A DNA stretch of 62,656 bases, counting the filler, from Porpidia crustulata (taxonomy: Eukaryota), in NCBI GenBank assembly GCA_964255105.1. It is 8 parts of 8 records of this genome, joined end to end, with 100 filler letters (N's around TTAATTAATTAA, not from the genome) between each part and the next. Parts side by side here need not be neighbours in the genome. Positions count along the whole stretch, not along the records: positions 39,246 to 46,984 come from CAXUWE010001244.1; positions 47,085 to 54,822 come from CAXUWE010001245.1; positions 54,923 to 62,656 come from CAXUWE010001246.1; 5 more parts are not named here. One strand, written 5' to 3'. Positions 45,464-56,526 of the stretch are shown here, piece after piece. Numbering within the stretch: position 1 is the first letter of the stretch; every line of letters starts with the position of its first letter. The position numbers and the translations under genes are program-made. The notes under the pieces are model-generated. The model had not been told where the DNA came from, made no database searches, and worked only from the letters and a program-made list of their open reading frames with translations.

Positions 45464-46900
45464 ATGTATCTACTCTCTCTTTCCCGATTTTTCACATGCC
45501 TCCTCACGGCCACTTTGGTGGTCTCCCTGCCTCTCGCACCAAGCTTGCTAAAGTCCAGATTAGTCAATTGCTCGGATCTCGGGGCAAGCTTTGATCAAAC
45601 GTGTTGGATCACCCTCGATGTGAGCGACTGGTTGAATAATCCCAAGACAGGATGGAACAAAACGACCCCGGTGTGTACAGCAACTGAAGATGATGCAGCA
45701 TGTTGCATCCAGGATGAGCCTTGGACGACCTGTTTCTTGCGCCTTATTCGAGGCAGGCCAGATGAAGACTGTAGTATGATCAGCGCCCGAAATTGTCCAC
45801 CCAATCTTCCGGACCGCTTGGATCCTAATATTACTGCTCAAGAGCAGTATGTCATGAAGAATATTTACGGTCAGCCCCCTCAGGAGTGCTACCTCATTAC
45901 TAGAAAAGCTGCTAAACCACGCATAGCAACCAAAGATTTCTTCACCACGTGGTTCGAATCAATAGGCTACGCCACCACCCAAGCCCTGACGATAGTCCAA
46001 CCCGTAATCACCGAGCTTGATCCAATCCAAACCACCAACTTTCTGCTGCACGACATCCTCACCGCCCTATCCTTCGGCCTAGCCTTCATCGCCCGCCCCG
46101 AAGTCGCATCCGGAGTCGCAGGCATCGAAGCCGCCACCACCGCCGCCGCCAAAGCCTTCGTCACCGGCCTGCAAAACGCCCCCGCCGTCGCCCAAGCCCT
46201 CTGGCCCTCCGGCACATCCGACTCCCAATCCATCCAGATCAGCGGCCTGGAAAGCGAACTCAGCCACATCACCGCCAACCTCTCCCGCATCGTCGACGCC
46301 GGCCTCCGGCGCATCATGACCGACGTGCCCTCCTTCATCGCCTTCGCATCCACCGGCGCCTTCTCGGGTCCGACATCGCTCTCCCTCCCCGCGACCGCGC
46401 AGGGCCTTGACCTCGCGCTCCGGACCTACCTCCTCTCCGGCGCCATGGCCCAGAACCGCTGGCAAGCCACCGGCTTCGCTAACGTGACGCGCGAGCAGGT
46501 GCAGTCGAGCGCGCCCGGCGCCGGCGGTTGGGCCTGCACGCTCGACGCCAACGACATCTGTGTGGGTGAATACGGAGGCGTTTTTTACAGCGCGTCGAGC
46601 ATGCGGGCGTTTTCGCTGTCGACCACGGACGATACGGATATAACGCCGCTGCGGTTGATGAACGATATCGTCGACAACGGATGGTCGACTCTGCCGCTTC
46701 TGTTCGACGGCGCATACGATTGCGCTGCGGCAGGGAATTCGGGGACGACGCCTTTTGCGTTTAGGCCTGATGGCGGGGTTGATTTGTCATGCATGTCGCA
46801 GCTGCGTATGTGTATCGCTTGCGGTTCCCCGTGTCCTGTTGATTTCATCGATGGGGCGTGTCCGTTTGCTCCTTGTCAGAGGCATGAGGGGTTTTTTTAG
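45464..46900 (+). CDS. Secreted Cys-rich hypothetical protein with central hydrophobic Ala/Gly-rich segment
   Basis: Signal peptide MYLLSLSRFFTCLLTATLVVS. Cys-rich N- and C-termini. Probable in-frame intron about 45870-45926 (GTCAGC..GCTAAAC..TAG). Strong coding codon bias. Confidence 0.75.
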   Translation: MYLLSLSRFFTCLLTATLVVSLPLAPSLLKSRLVNCSDLGASFDQTCWITLDVSDWLNNPKTGWNKTTPVCTATEDDAACCIQDEPWTTCFLRLIRGRPDEDCSMISARNCPPNLPDRLDPNITAQEQYVMKNIYGQPPQECYLITRKAAKPRIATKDFFTTWFESIGYATTQALTIVQPVITELDPIQTTNFLLHDILTALSFGLAFIARPEVASGVAGIEAATTAAAKAFVTGLQNAPAVAQALWPSGTSDSQSIQISGLESELSHITANLSRIVDAGLRRIMTDVPSFIAFASTGAFSGPTSLSLPATAQGLDLALRTYLLSGAMAQNRWQATGFANVTREQVQSSAPGAGGWACTLDANDICVGEYGGVFYSASSMRAFSLSTTDDTDITPLRLMNDIVDNGWSTLPLLFDGAYDCAAAGNSGTTPFAFRPDGGVDLSCMSQLRMCIACGSPCPVDFIDGACPFAPCQRHEGFF

Positions 46901-46984
46901 GGGTGATTGTGGTTGTGATTGATTTTGCATTGCATCGGATAGCGTTGTCAAATTAGGATACACGTGTTTTACCTCTTTTCTAGA

Positions 46985-47084
46985 NNNNNNNNNNNNNNNN
47001 NNNNNNNNNNNNNNNNNNNNNNNNNNNNTTAATTAATTAANNNNNNNNNNNNNNNNNNNNNNNNNNNNNNNNNNNNNNNNNNNN
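46985..47084. other. Artificial contig linker
   Basis: N44-TTAATTAATTAA-N44. Confidence 0.99.
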
Positions 47085-47330
47085 TAATAGTCCCATCCTC
47101 GGGGGCATCTAAGAACATCCAATTCATAGCGGCTCTCTCCCTGACGATGCCGGGAGCTTGGAGCAGATACTCAACGACCGTACCGAGCTCCACATGTGCC
47201 TGGAGTGGAAATCTATGCGTCGAGACCAGATGTATGTGGGGCAACTGTAATGGTATAAAAACAAAGGCATCAATTACTGGAGGGTTCGACTTACCAGGGC
47301 TTGGGGAACGCCATTGCTTGGGTCATTCAT
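47085..47330 (-). CDS. SWI/SNF-RSC subunit Ssr4 (DUF1750) N-terminus, 3' truncated
   Basis: MNDPSNGVPQAL|LPHIHLVSTHRFP...EYLLQAPGIVRERAAMNWMFLDAPEDGTI. Confidence 0.75.
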
Positions 47331-47986
47331 TGTTGCGAATGAGCCCTTTTGAGATCCGATACCTTTGTAAGTCGCAAGATAGAAGCCGAATGCAGTGTGT
47401 CAAATATTGCTTACTCGGTATCTAGCTGTTAAGTTACCGACCAGGCGCTCGATCAGTATCGCGACGCGAGTGCTTCGTGCCTAGGTAAATGGTTCTACGC
47501 CAGTAATTATCTAGGCTTAGAGAGATAGGGTGGATGGTCGCTAAACGCGCTTGGCGGGACCGACGAGCAGCTGCGGTACCTTTGACGATCGGCATTTTAC
47601 AGACACAACCTCGTGCACATAGATAGATTATACAACTTGAATTCTAATAGATTTCGCGATAGGTCAAGGCCTGAGTCCTCTTGACAGAAAATGAAGTGCC
47701 CGGCCATAACCTGCACATACTTATTGACGACTCAAAGGCGGCTCAACCTCGGCTCGGTCTCGACCGCAGCTGATACTGACGCATTCAACAATTGTGCTCC
47801 ATCATTTCACCCCCATCTCTTGTCTAGTTTTCTCTGAGTAAGCGTGAGATTTTCAGCAACGACTTTAAAATCTATTTCCAAGTATTGAACGAAGTTTATG
47901 CATGGTAACTTTGCCTACAGAGGGAACAAAGAGGTTGGAGGACTACAGGAATTACCTGCCAGCCCATCAAGACCACCTCTCTAAAC

Positions 47987-49719
47987 ATGAATAACACGCA
48001 ATTCCGCCGGCTTGTACTTGATACTCCGACCGGAGAAAGGGAAAATGGCAGCGCGAGCGGTGGGACTCCAAGAAGCGGGGCAACACCTTTAGTCTTGGGC
48101 TCTCGCATGCGGTCAAATATCCCAATGACACCGTAAGTTCACCCTGCTTATACTTGACTCGCCAACACTGAGATCTGTGTAGACGCTCTGTCGCAACATC
48201 TGGTGGGACTGATTTTGCTCGTCAATTAGCTGAGCGAAATGCCTCTCTCAACCCGACGGCCGCGAAGAAATTCCGCTCCTCTGTCGCTCCTAAAGGTACT
48301 AAACTTCGCACAGGCTACCAGGATCGAACGCAACTGCGGACTTCCACAGAAGAAGATGATAAGGCTACGAGGGTGAAGGCATTAGAGGAAATGGTCAAGC
48401 TTGGCCAGATGGATATAGCTACGTTCGAGAAGCTAAGAGACGAAATAGTGGGGGGAGATGTGAAAGATGTACATTTGGTCAAGGGACTAGACTGGAAACT
48501 TTTGGAGAGGGTTAGAAGGGGAGAGGACGTCTTGGCAGACAATGGAAAGTCCAAAGATCCAGAGGAATCGTCTAATGATCCACGGGGGGAAGCTCACAAT
48601 GACCATGCTGACATTGACAACGAATTGGAAAAGGTCGAAGCTGAACAGGTCCAGCCAGTGTCCAAGGAAAAACAAGAGAAAAGGGGTGAATTAGCATCGC
48701 CGTCAGCAGTCCCCAGTAAGAAGAGGAATAGAGATGAGATTCTCAAGGAATTGAAGGCATCCAGACTGGCAGCTGCGGACAAGGAGAAGCAGGCGCAGCA
48801 GGCAAGCTTAGGACCTAAGTTTCTAAAGCTTGGCGATAGGAGGGAGAGATCTAGGATTGAAAAAGATGATCGAGGTAGAGAAATACTGATTATAACGGAT
48901 AAGGACGGGAATATAAAGAGAAAAGTGAAAAGGGTCAAGGTCGACGAGGATGCGGCTAGCAACCATGGATTGCTAATGCCCGACAAGGATCTGAAGCCTT
49001 TAGGAATGGAGGTGCCTCAAGCTGTAATACCAACGGACACAAATGAGCAAGACGATGATATCTTTGCGGATGTAGGGGCAGATTATGATCCATTAGGGCG
49101 CGCCGACGACGATGACGAAGGAGAAGATTCGGATGAGGGAGGCGAGACGGTCAAAGGCAGAGTGGACAGCGTGTTAAGACTACCAGCGAAGGAGCTCAGT
49201 GAAGAAGAATCACGAATTGACAAGGATCGGTCAATAATGCCACCTCCAGCGCTACCTGGAAAAACCGAAGGCAGGATACGGAACTATTTTGGCGATACTA
49301 CCAAGCCCAGCGAGATCGAGGTTTCGGTGCCTCCTTCGAACCCACTGACCGATCCTACAATACTCGCAGCTCTGAAGAAAGCATCATCAATCAACCCTGT
49401 GTCTTCGAGTCATGACTTAAGCGAAGAAGAAGCTACCAAGCTCACACGTCGCAAGAAAATGCTTGAGTCGCATGACCGCGACGCAGAGGATATGGACCTT
49501 GGGTTTGGTAGCAGTCGATTCGAGGATGGGGAAGATGCCGAAGATAAGAAAGTCAAGCTGTCTGTGTGGGGCCAAGATCGTAGAGATGAAGATGGGAAGG
49601 GAGACGGCAAAGGGAAAAAGGAAAGGAAAAGAGGAACGAAGAAGAGGAAAGGCGACGCAAATAGTGCGGCGGACGTTCTGAAAGTGATGGAGAGGAGGAA
49701 GACAGAAGCCAAACAATGA
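47987..49719 (+). CDS. RED-like (IK) N-terminal domain protein, 2 exons
   Basis: MNNTQFRRLV..LGSRMRSNIPMTP|R, APKGTKLRTGYQDR, GGDVKDVHLVKGLDWKLLERVRRGE (RED_N motif), DDDIFADVGADYDPL, DAEDMDLGFGSSR. Confidence 0.85.
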
Positions 49720-51435
49720 CCAAGGCTACGCAAGCCGTAAACCCTCGTTTCAGTCTCAGGATGATGATCGGAAACGAGAAAGTGGGTCTTATGCCAAATC
49801 ATGCCACAGCACCCGGTTTACATTAAACCGCCTCTTTCCCTGGCAATAAATTGAATAGTGGACAGAGCATTCGAGAAGCAATGATATAGTTTTTGAGGAT
49901 GTCAATAGCAATTCCCGAGCGGAATGAAAATCGCTTCAGATGCCGATGACTGTGGGAGGATACAACAAGCCAAAATGCATCACAAGCATTCCAGCAAGCC
50001 CCTCAATGAGATTCTTGTACAAGATCTGTGACCGAGCAGCATCGCCAGATGCATACGAAGCCATCTCCCCATGCATCGATAGACGATCTTGAAAGCTCTG
50101 GGAAGAATAAGGATTCATGTGGATCCATATGGTCTCTAGCAGAAAAGGAGGCGAGTTCTGACATGCTGACCATCTTATTCTATTATCTGGCACACGATTG
50201 CTCAAATCATGTTGGCCTATGATGCTGATGCCATCTCCGTATCGGGCCGTGACCAGCCGAGGTGAAAGACGTAGGATTGGGAGGATTTCGGAAGGATTTC
50301 GACACACATCACATCAACAGTCTGGTACACAGGATTTTGGCCTTGTTGTCGCCAAAATCCGTGGGTATGCTTTGAGAAGAGGCACAGATGTACTTTGACT
50401 GCACGGCGTACTCCTAATTATATACCTCTCCCTGCTCCTGATGAGTAAGTGCAATCTGATACCGTGTAACGCGAATATCAATGGCGCCACAGAGGGTCAG
50501 TTACATACTTGTAGACATGATGGCGGCGGTGCTTTTAGGCACTGCGTTGGAGTTTCATCAATCCCTGACGAAAAAATCATACGTCGGAATGGCTGACCCG
50601 CATTCGGCTTGGATGAAACGGTGGCTTGAATCAAAAAGGGGGCCAACACTGCTAAACATGCCTTTCATTGGACGATCATTCAGGTACCATCTGCTTAGTA
50701 ATACATCGACACGGGCGATTGACAGGGAAAATCTTCGCTCAAGGTTCGTTAGCGGCGACCCTGAGTAATTTTGGGGATCCTCGCTTGACATAAACCTTGC
50801 GGTGAAAAGCCAATTATTGACGATTACGCCTCCCTGTCGTCGTCGCTGGCCGAATGCTAATCTCCTTTGAGGCTCCACTCTGGACCCTTTGGGCTGGTCG
50901 GTGAGTGCTTGGAGTGAATAATTGGTGTCCGAGGTGATAAGTGAAGGATGCGCCTCGGGGAGATTGCGCGGCAAGGAAGACACTGCAGCGCTGACAGGGG
51001 AGGGGGGCCGCACTCCCTCTTTCTTTGTTTCCTCACGCCTGATAATTTAATTATGATGAATGAGATTGGCGAGGAGGGTGGGGGGGAGTCTCCACAGCCC
51101 AGACAGGCTGTCAATCTAGTAATTCACTAAGAAGTGTAATAATAATAATTAAGACTAATTCCTCTCATATACCCATCCGCTCACCCCCTTTCTCTTCTTT
51201 CACCTTCAACCACCTACTTCCGTTCATTGTCCAAAGTTGCTTGACAGAGCAGAGCATTCGCTCGTTACATTCCTTCCGTGATCTGGTCTACTCCTCGACT
51301 CTCATTAAAAACAGCCCTGGTAGGCTTGATTGGCAGTATCACAGCACCCTTTGCTCCATCGACGAATATACGCACCCATTTGGAAAAAAACAAACATATA
51401 CACTGTACAAACAATCAAACAAGCAAGTAATCACG

Positions 51436-53106
51436 ATGACTCGTCTCAACCTTGCACTTTTGTGCCTTTTGCCTGGTGCTCTGGCCGTCCCAAGACTCCA
51501 CAACCGACACGAAAAGCATCATCACCCGTCTGGTCTGTACCCGACCGGTGCTCCGATTGCCCCAACCGGTGGTCCCACCGCACCATACGGTTACGAGAAC
51601 GCAACTTCGGTCGGCCCGACCGGAACCGGTACTGCGCAAGTCATATACTCGACCGTCACCGTTTCTCCTCTACCCGTCAGCAGCAACGGAGCTGTCTCGG
51701 GTGGTGGTGCGGGTGCCAGCTCTTCGGCTGGCGGAATAGCTCCGGTCAATGGGAACCCTCCCGTCAGTGACAACTCCCCGGTGACTGGTGGCTCCGGCAG
51801 TGGTACCTGCGGACCGGCCACAATCACCGTCACGTTGGCCAACACCATCACTGTCACCGTCGGCGCTGGAGCGGGGGCTGCTGGGTCATCCAACGGCGCC
51901 ATTTCGCAGCCAGCAACCAACTTACCCATCTCACCCGTTTCTTCCGGCAACGCTGCTCCTTATGGCAACGCCACTTCTTCCGCCGGTCCAATCGGCACGG
52001 GAACCGCCCCCTCCGGAACTGGCGCGACTAGCCTGCCGGTATACTCTGGCAAGCCGGAGTCTTCGGTCCCCAGCTCCTCCTCCCTTCCTGTGCAGACCGC
52101 CGCTCCAGTCTCCATCCCTCCGGTTTCAACAACTTCGTTGAGTGCATACTCTACACCTGCCGCCAGCTCAGAGGTCGCACCAGTGGTAGCAAGCAGCGCG
52201 GATGCCGTCAGCCCACCTGCAGCCAGCAGCACCGCAGTCGCAGCGTTCTACCAGCCTTCGAAGCCCGTGGCACCGGTTCCTGTCAAGGCGACTCCACCAG
52301 TCGTGATCCCAACCAGTTTGGCTTCATCATCCGTTGCTGCAGTCTCCTCCTCCCCACCAACGTCTCCTTCCACTGGCAGCAGCGGGAAAGCGCGCGGTCT
52401 CGCTTACAACTCTGCCAGCCTAACCAGCAAGTTCAATGCCAACATGATGGGCTGGGCCTACAACTGGGCCCAAAGTCCTTCAGGCTCGCTCCCTGCTGGC
52501 ATTGAATTCGTCCCTATGCTCAAGAGCGACACTGCTGAGTTCACCGGCACCTGGGGAGCCACTGTCGACAACCATGCCTCCGCGGGCGGGAAATACGTCC
52601 TTGCCTTCAACGAACCCGAGCAGCCCTCGTCCGCCGGTGGCGCGGAGATGTTGCTTGCCTCTGGCGGTGCCGACGTGACCCGAGTTGTCAAGGGCTGGCG
52701 CGATTGGATGGAACCGCATGCTGGCAAGGTCCAACTTGGCTCCCCCGCCATTACCAGCACTGAACACTCCGACACTGCCGGCGTTGGCCTTCTGACTGCC
52801 TTCCTGAACCGTTGCACCGGCTGCACCGTTGACTTCATTACTTGCCATTGGTATGGTTCTGACTTTGGCCAATTCAAGCAGCACATTAGCGACGTCAAGG
52901 CGGCCGCGGGTGGACGTCCCATCTGGCTCACCGAGTTCGCTCACACCGATGCGTCACAAGCGGCCTCATTCCTCAAGCAGGCACTGCCCTGGTTGGACAG
53001 CTCTGAGAGCGGCGTTACGCGGTACGCGTACGAATATGTGGATAGCACGTTGACTGCGAATGGAGGGTTGTCGCCGGCTGGAACTGTGTATAACGGTGGC
53101 TCGTAA
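51436..53106 (+). CDS. Secreted GH128 (Asl1-like) beta-1,3-glucanase with long S/T/P-rich N-terminal stalk
   Basis: Signal peptide MTRLNLALLCLLPGALA, then RGLAY, WAYNW, EFVPML, LAFNEP (acid/base Glu), LGSPAI, VDFITCHWY, PIWLTEF (nucleophile Glu). Confidence 0.9.
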   Translation: MTRLNLALLCLLPGALAVPRLHNRHEKHHHPSGLYPTGAPIAPTGGPTAPYGYENATSVGPTGTGTAQVIYSTVTVSPLPVSSNGAVSGGGAGASSSAGGIAPVNGNPPVSDNSPVTGGSGSGTCGPATITVTLANTITVTVGAGAGAAGSSNGAISQPATNLPISPVSSGNAAPYGNATSSAGPIGTGTAPSGTGATSLPVYSGKPESSVPSSSSLPVQTAAPVSIPPVSTTSLSAYSTPAASSEVAPVVASSADAVSPPAASSTAVAAFYQPSKPVAPVPVKATPPVVIPTSLASSSVAAVSSSPPTSPSTGSSGKARGLAYNSASLTSKFNANMMGWAYNWAQSPSGSLPAGIEFVPMLKSDTAEFTGTWGATVDNHASAGGKYVLAFNEPEQPSSAGGAEMLLASGGADVTRVVKGWRDWMEPHAGKVQLGSPAITSTEHSDTAGVGLLTAFLNRCTGCTVDFITCHWYGSDFGQFKQHISDVKAAAGGRPIWLTEFAHTDASQAASFLKQALPWLDSSESGVTRYAYEYVDSTLTANGGLSPAGTVYNGGS

Positions 53107-53584
53107 GTGTGAGGATGAGGGGGGACTCGGGGTCAAGTGGAGAATGTATAGATGAGGAGTTTCGCTGTTGGTACGTGGAACGTGCGATATACGGATTTTC
53201 GGTGTAAATTTCTATTTTGGATATGTATACGATGCATAGTTGAATAGAATCGAAGGGAAATTATTTAAGGTCCATTCTCCTTTCGAATTCTTGACCATTT
53301 AGTTTCATCTCCAAGTGATTGTTTTTCGCGTGAGCCAAGTCTGCTGCTTCTCTTTCCAGCTAATGCAACACTTTAGACTGTACGGTCGCGATGTATAAAA
53401 CGTCAACCTCCCCTCCAATTTTCCAAGATTCGAGAAACGAGAATTTTATTCATAACAGATTGTATCTATTCATCATCATTCTACATGTCATCAAGAGACA
53501 GGATATTTGTCGTTGTAGTGGCACGACTCGGCCATTTGTCTTAACTAGATACGGATGGAATTTCAATAACAGAAAATCTCAACA

Positions 53585-54822
53585 ATGGCTGCAACCAATA
53601 CGAACGAGTATTACCACGCATTGGTTGACATGGGAAGGTACAATTTAGTACTTGACTAGAACCCCATTCAGGATTCTCATTCGTGTCCTATCACTGACGA
53701 AATTCCTCTCCTCACAGCAATGGCATCCGTTTTTCAATTTCAGATTTATCCCCACCCACTGCTCGATTGTTACCCACCATTTACCAAGATCGTTCGGGGA
53801 TATCTCTTTATGATGCACAATACGAGAATGGTACAAAGGTTGAGATATCATCAAATGTCATTGACAATGTCATCACATCACTATTGCGATTCAAGAAGAC
53901 CTGTCAGGACTTTGGGGTACGAGATAATCAAGTCCGAGTCGTGGCCACTGAAGCAATGAGGAACGCTTCGAACAGCCATGATCTTCAACAAAAAATGCAG
54001 ACGAAGACAGGATGGAAAGTCGAGCTGCTACCAAAGGAGGATGAAGGCAGTGTAGGTGCAATGGGAATTGCCAGCAGCTTCCAGAGCATTAAAGGGCTGG
54101 TGCTTGATCTTGGAGGCGGCAGTGTCCAAATGACATGGATGATTGCCGAGGATGGCGAGGTCCAAACAAGCCCAAAGGGCTCTGTGAGCTTTCCCTACGG
54201 CGCAGCCGCTTTGACCATGTTGCTGGAAGAAGCAGGGGGGGAAGGACAAGATGACCTCCGAGAGAAATTAACTACTGGGCTCGCACAAGCTATCAAGGAC
54301 CTGGACATTCCTCAAAGTCTGACAGATGCAGCAGAGAAAGAAGGCGGCTTCACGCTTCACCTCAGTGGCGGTGGATTCCGTGGATGGGGCTACATTCTCA
54401 TGTCTCTCCACGCCATCCAACCTTACCCAATACCCATAATCAACGGTTTTCTCATCCCAAGATCTGCTTTCCTCCCGCGACATAATACCGTTCCTAAAGA
54501 CTCCACATTTCGTATCTCCTCCCGCCGCGCCTCGCAAATCCCTGCGATATCCTTTCTCATCCAAGCCCTCATCCAAGCCCTACCATCCATCTCAAACATC
54601 CGCTTCGCCCAAGGTGGTGTGCGCGAAGGTCTCTTATACTCACAGCTTTCGCCTACTATTCGCGCCCAACATCCCCTCGTTACAGCCACCGTACCCTACG
54701 CCCCGCGATCCGCTGACGCCCTTGTTCACCTCCTCAAATCCGCTATTCCACCTCCTACCAAGGACCCCAACAATCCCCCATCCACTTTGACTTCCTCCGC
54801 CTTCCTCACCTCAGTCATCAAC
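53585..54822 (+). CDS. RTG2: Retrograde regulation protein Rtg2-like (Ppx/GppA family), 3' truncated
   Basis: LVDMGS|NGIRFSISDLSPPTARLLPTIYQDR, VVATEAMRNA, GLVLDLGGGSVQMTW, LSGGGFRGWGY, FAQGGVREG. Confidence 0.88.
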
Positions 54823-54922
54823 NNNNNNNNNNNNNNNNNNNNNNNNNNNNNNNNNNNNNNNNNNNNTTAATTAATTAANNNNNNNNNNNNNNNNNNNNNN
54901 NNNNNNNNNNNNNNNNNNNNNN
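54823..54922. other. Artificial contig linker
   Basis: N44-TTAATTAATTAA-N44. Confidence 0.99.
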
Positions 54923-55272
54923 GGGGAGGAGGATGGGGTTGTCAAGGATGAGGTTGTTGAGGTCTATGATGCTTGAGCGGTAGTGGGAGCGATTGTTGAT
55001 GAGGAAAGGAAGGTGATGGTTCGCAGAGGTGGTTGGCTCGCTGGAGGATTCATTTTGTTGCGTTGCCCTGCGAAGCAAATCAAGTTTCGTCGCCTAGATT
55101 CTCGAGGCAATCATTTGTCTTCTCGGTCTTATGCCTGCCTTGAGCTTTCGTTTCGTGACTCGTAGACTCCTTGCAATGCCGAGAGTTTCCAGTTCGTATA
55201 CGCCATACCATGACATCCTCCTAGCATTCTGCGTAGGCACGAGCTCGTGACACCTTCCACTGTCACTTATTC

Positions 55273-56289
55273 TCATTTCTTGAGTGCTGCAAATCGTTTC
55301 GCCAATTCGTCAACATCGGGGATCTTCCCTCCTACAGCGTTTTTCTTAGACTCAGAATCACTATTCGCTGCGTTTTTCTTGGGTTTCGAGTTGGCAGTCT
55401 GATTCTTCAACCCACTCATTTTCGCGCCGGGCTTGAGTTCTGGTGGACCTGGTAATCTAATCCTCGGACTCAAATTATCTGTGCTCGGACTCGGCGGTGC
55501 TACGCTGACAGGAGACTTGGGCCCAAGGTCTCGTGGCGGGGTTGCCTTGCTTAACTCGTCTGTTGTTAGAGGCTCTTCTAATTGTTTGGTGGTTTGTCCA
55601 CCGCTTGGACTGTCTTCATCGTCGTCTGTGTCATCATCTATTTGCTCTTTCTTTGGCCAAGCTATGCCATAGGTTCGCGCAATCTCTTTCAAGTACAACG
55701 TCACCAATTCCTGGTCGGGCGGCTCTACCTTGAGCTTCTTCAAGATCCTCTCTGCTACTTTACCATCGCTGTTCTCTACTCCCTCTAGCGCGAACTCCTT
55801 CCCATACTTCTCCATCAGTAACGCCCGAGCCTGCTGAAGCTCTTTGATATCTGTTCGTGGTGCTGCGTAAATAATAGATTTGATTGCCTCTTCAAGCCCC
55901 GGGTCACACTCTTTGGCTTCCATCAAGCCAGTGCGTGCAAGAAGAAGTTCGCAGTAAAGTTCAAGAATTTCCAGGAGCTCCGTATTGATGTCGGAACGAA
56001 TTATATTCTCTACACGTATCCGAGCCGATTCTTCTTTGCCTTGCTATTTATGGGTTGGTCAAATTCTGCATAGGGCCAAAGTCATTGGGAGAAGTACATA
56101 CTTCAAGTAATGCTGCCATGTCTCGCCGCTGTTGCTTTGCAATCGCTGTATCTTTCTGCTGCACCATACGGAGCCTGCTGATGGATAGCTTTAATTGTAC
56201 CTTGACTTTTGCCTAGAGACTCTTGAGCATGTGTAACGACGATTGCTATTAAGAGAGTTGTATACCACTATGGCCGATGAGGGTGCCAT
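55273..56289 (-). CDS. IST1: Ist1 (regulator of Vps4, DUF292), 3 exons
   Basis: KVKVQLKLSISRLRMVQQK, GKEESARIRVENII, LELYCELLLAR, SIIYAAPRTDIKEL, C-terminal MIM IPDVDELAKRFAALKK. Confidence 0.93.
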
Positions 56290-56526
56290 TTTCTCCTTCT
56301 GCTACACTCTCTTCGAACTATTTTGCGAGTTTCAAAGAATTATGTCAGTGGGTGATTGTGGAAACTACATGATGGAGCAATAGGCATCAGCGGCTTTTGT
56401 TCCGCCATCTACAATGCCGCTTTATGCACGCAACGGATTCTATATATCTCTGCAAAAGTGGACATGGTACTACACTGAGTCGGGCTGTCAGTATCGCCAT
56501 GCGCTCATATTGGCTTTTGCATTGCA

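Noticed and set aside
49936..51130. ORFs of 60-150 aa upstream of the GH128 gene
   Set aside because: No motifs or consistent splice structure. More likely a long promoter/5' region.
7804..54860. Regularly spaced TTAATTAATTAA repeat (about every 7.84 kb) as a biological repeat or CRISPR-like array
   Set aside because: Always embedded in N44 flanks. It is a six-frame-stop assembly linker.
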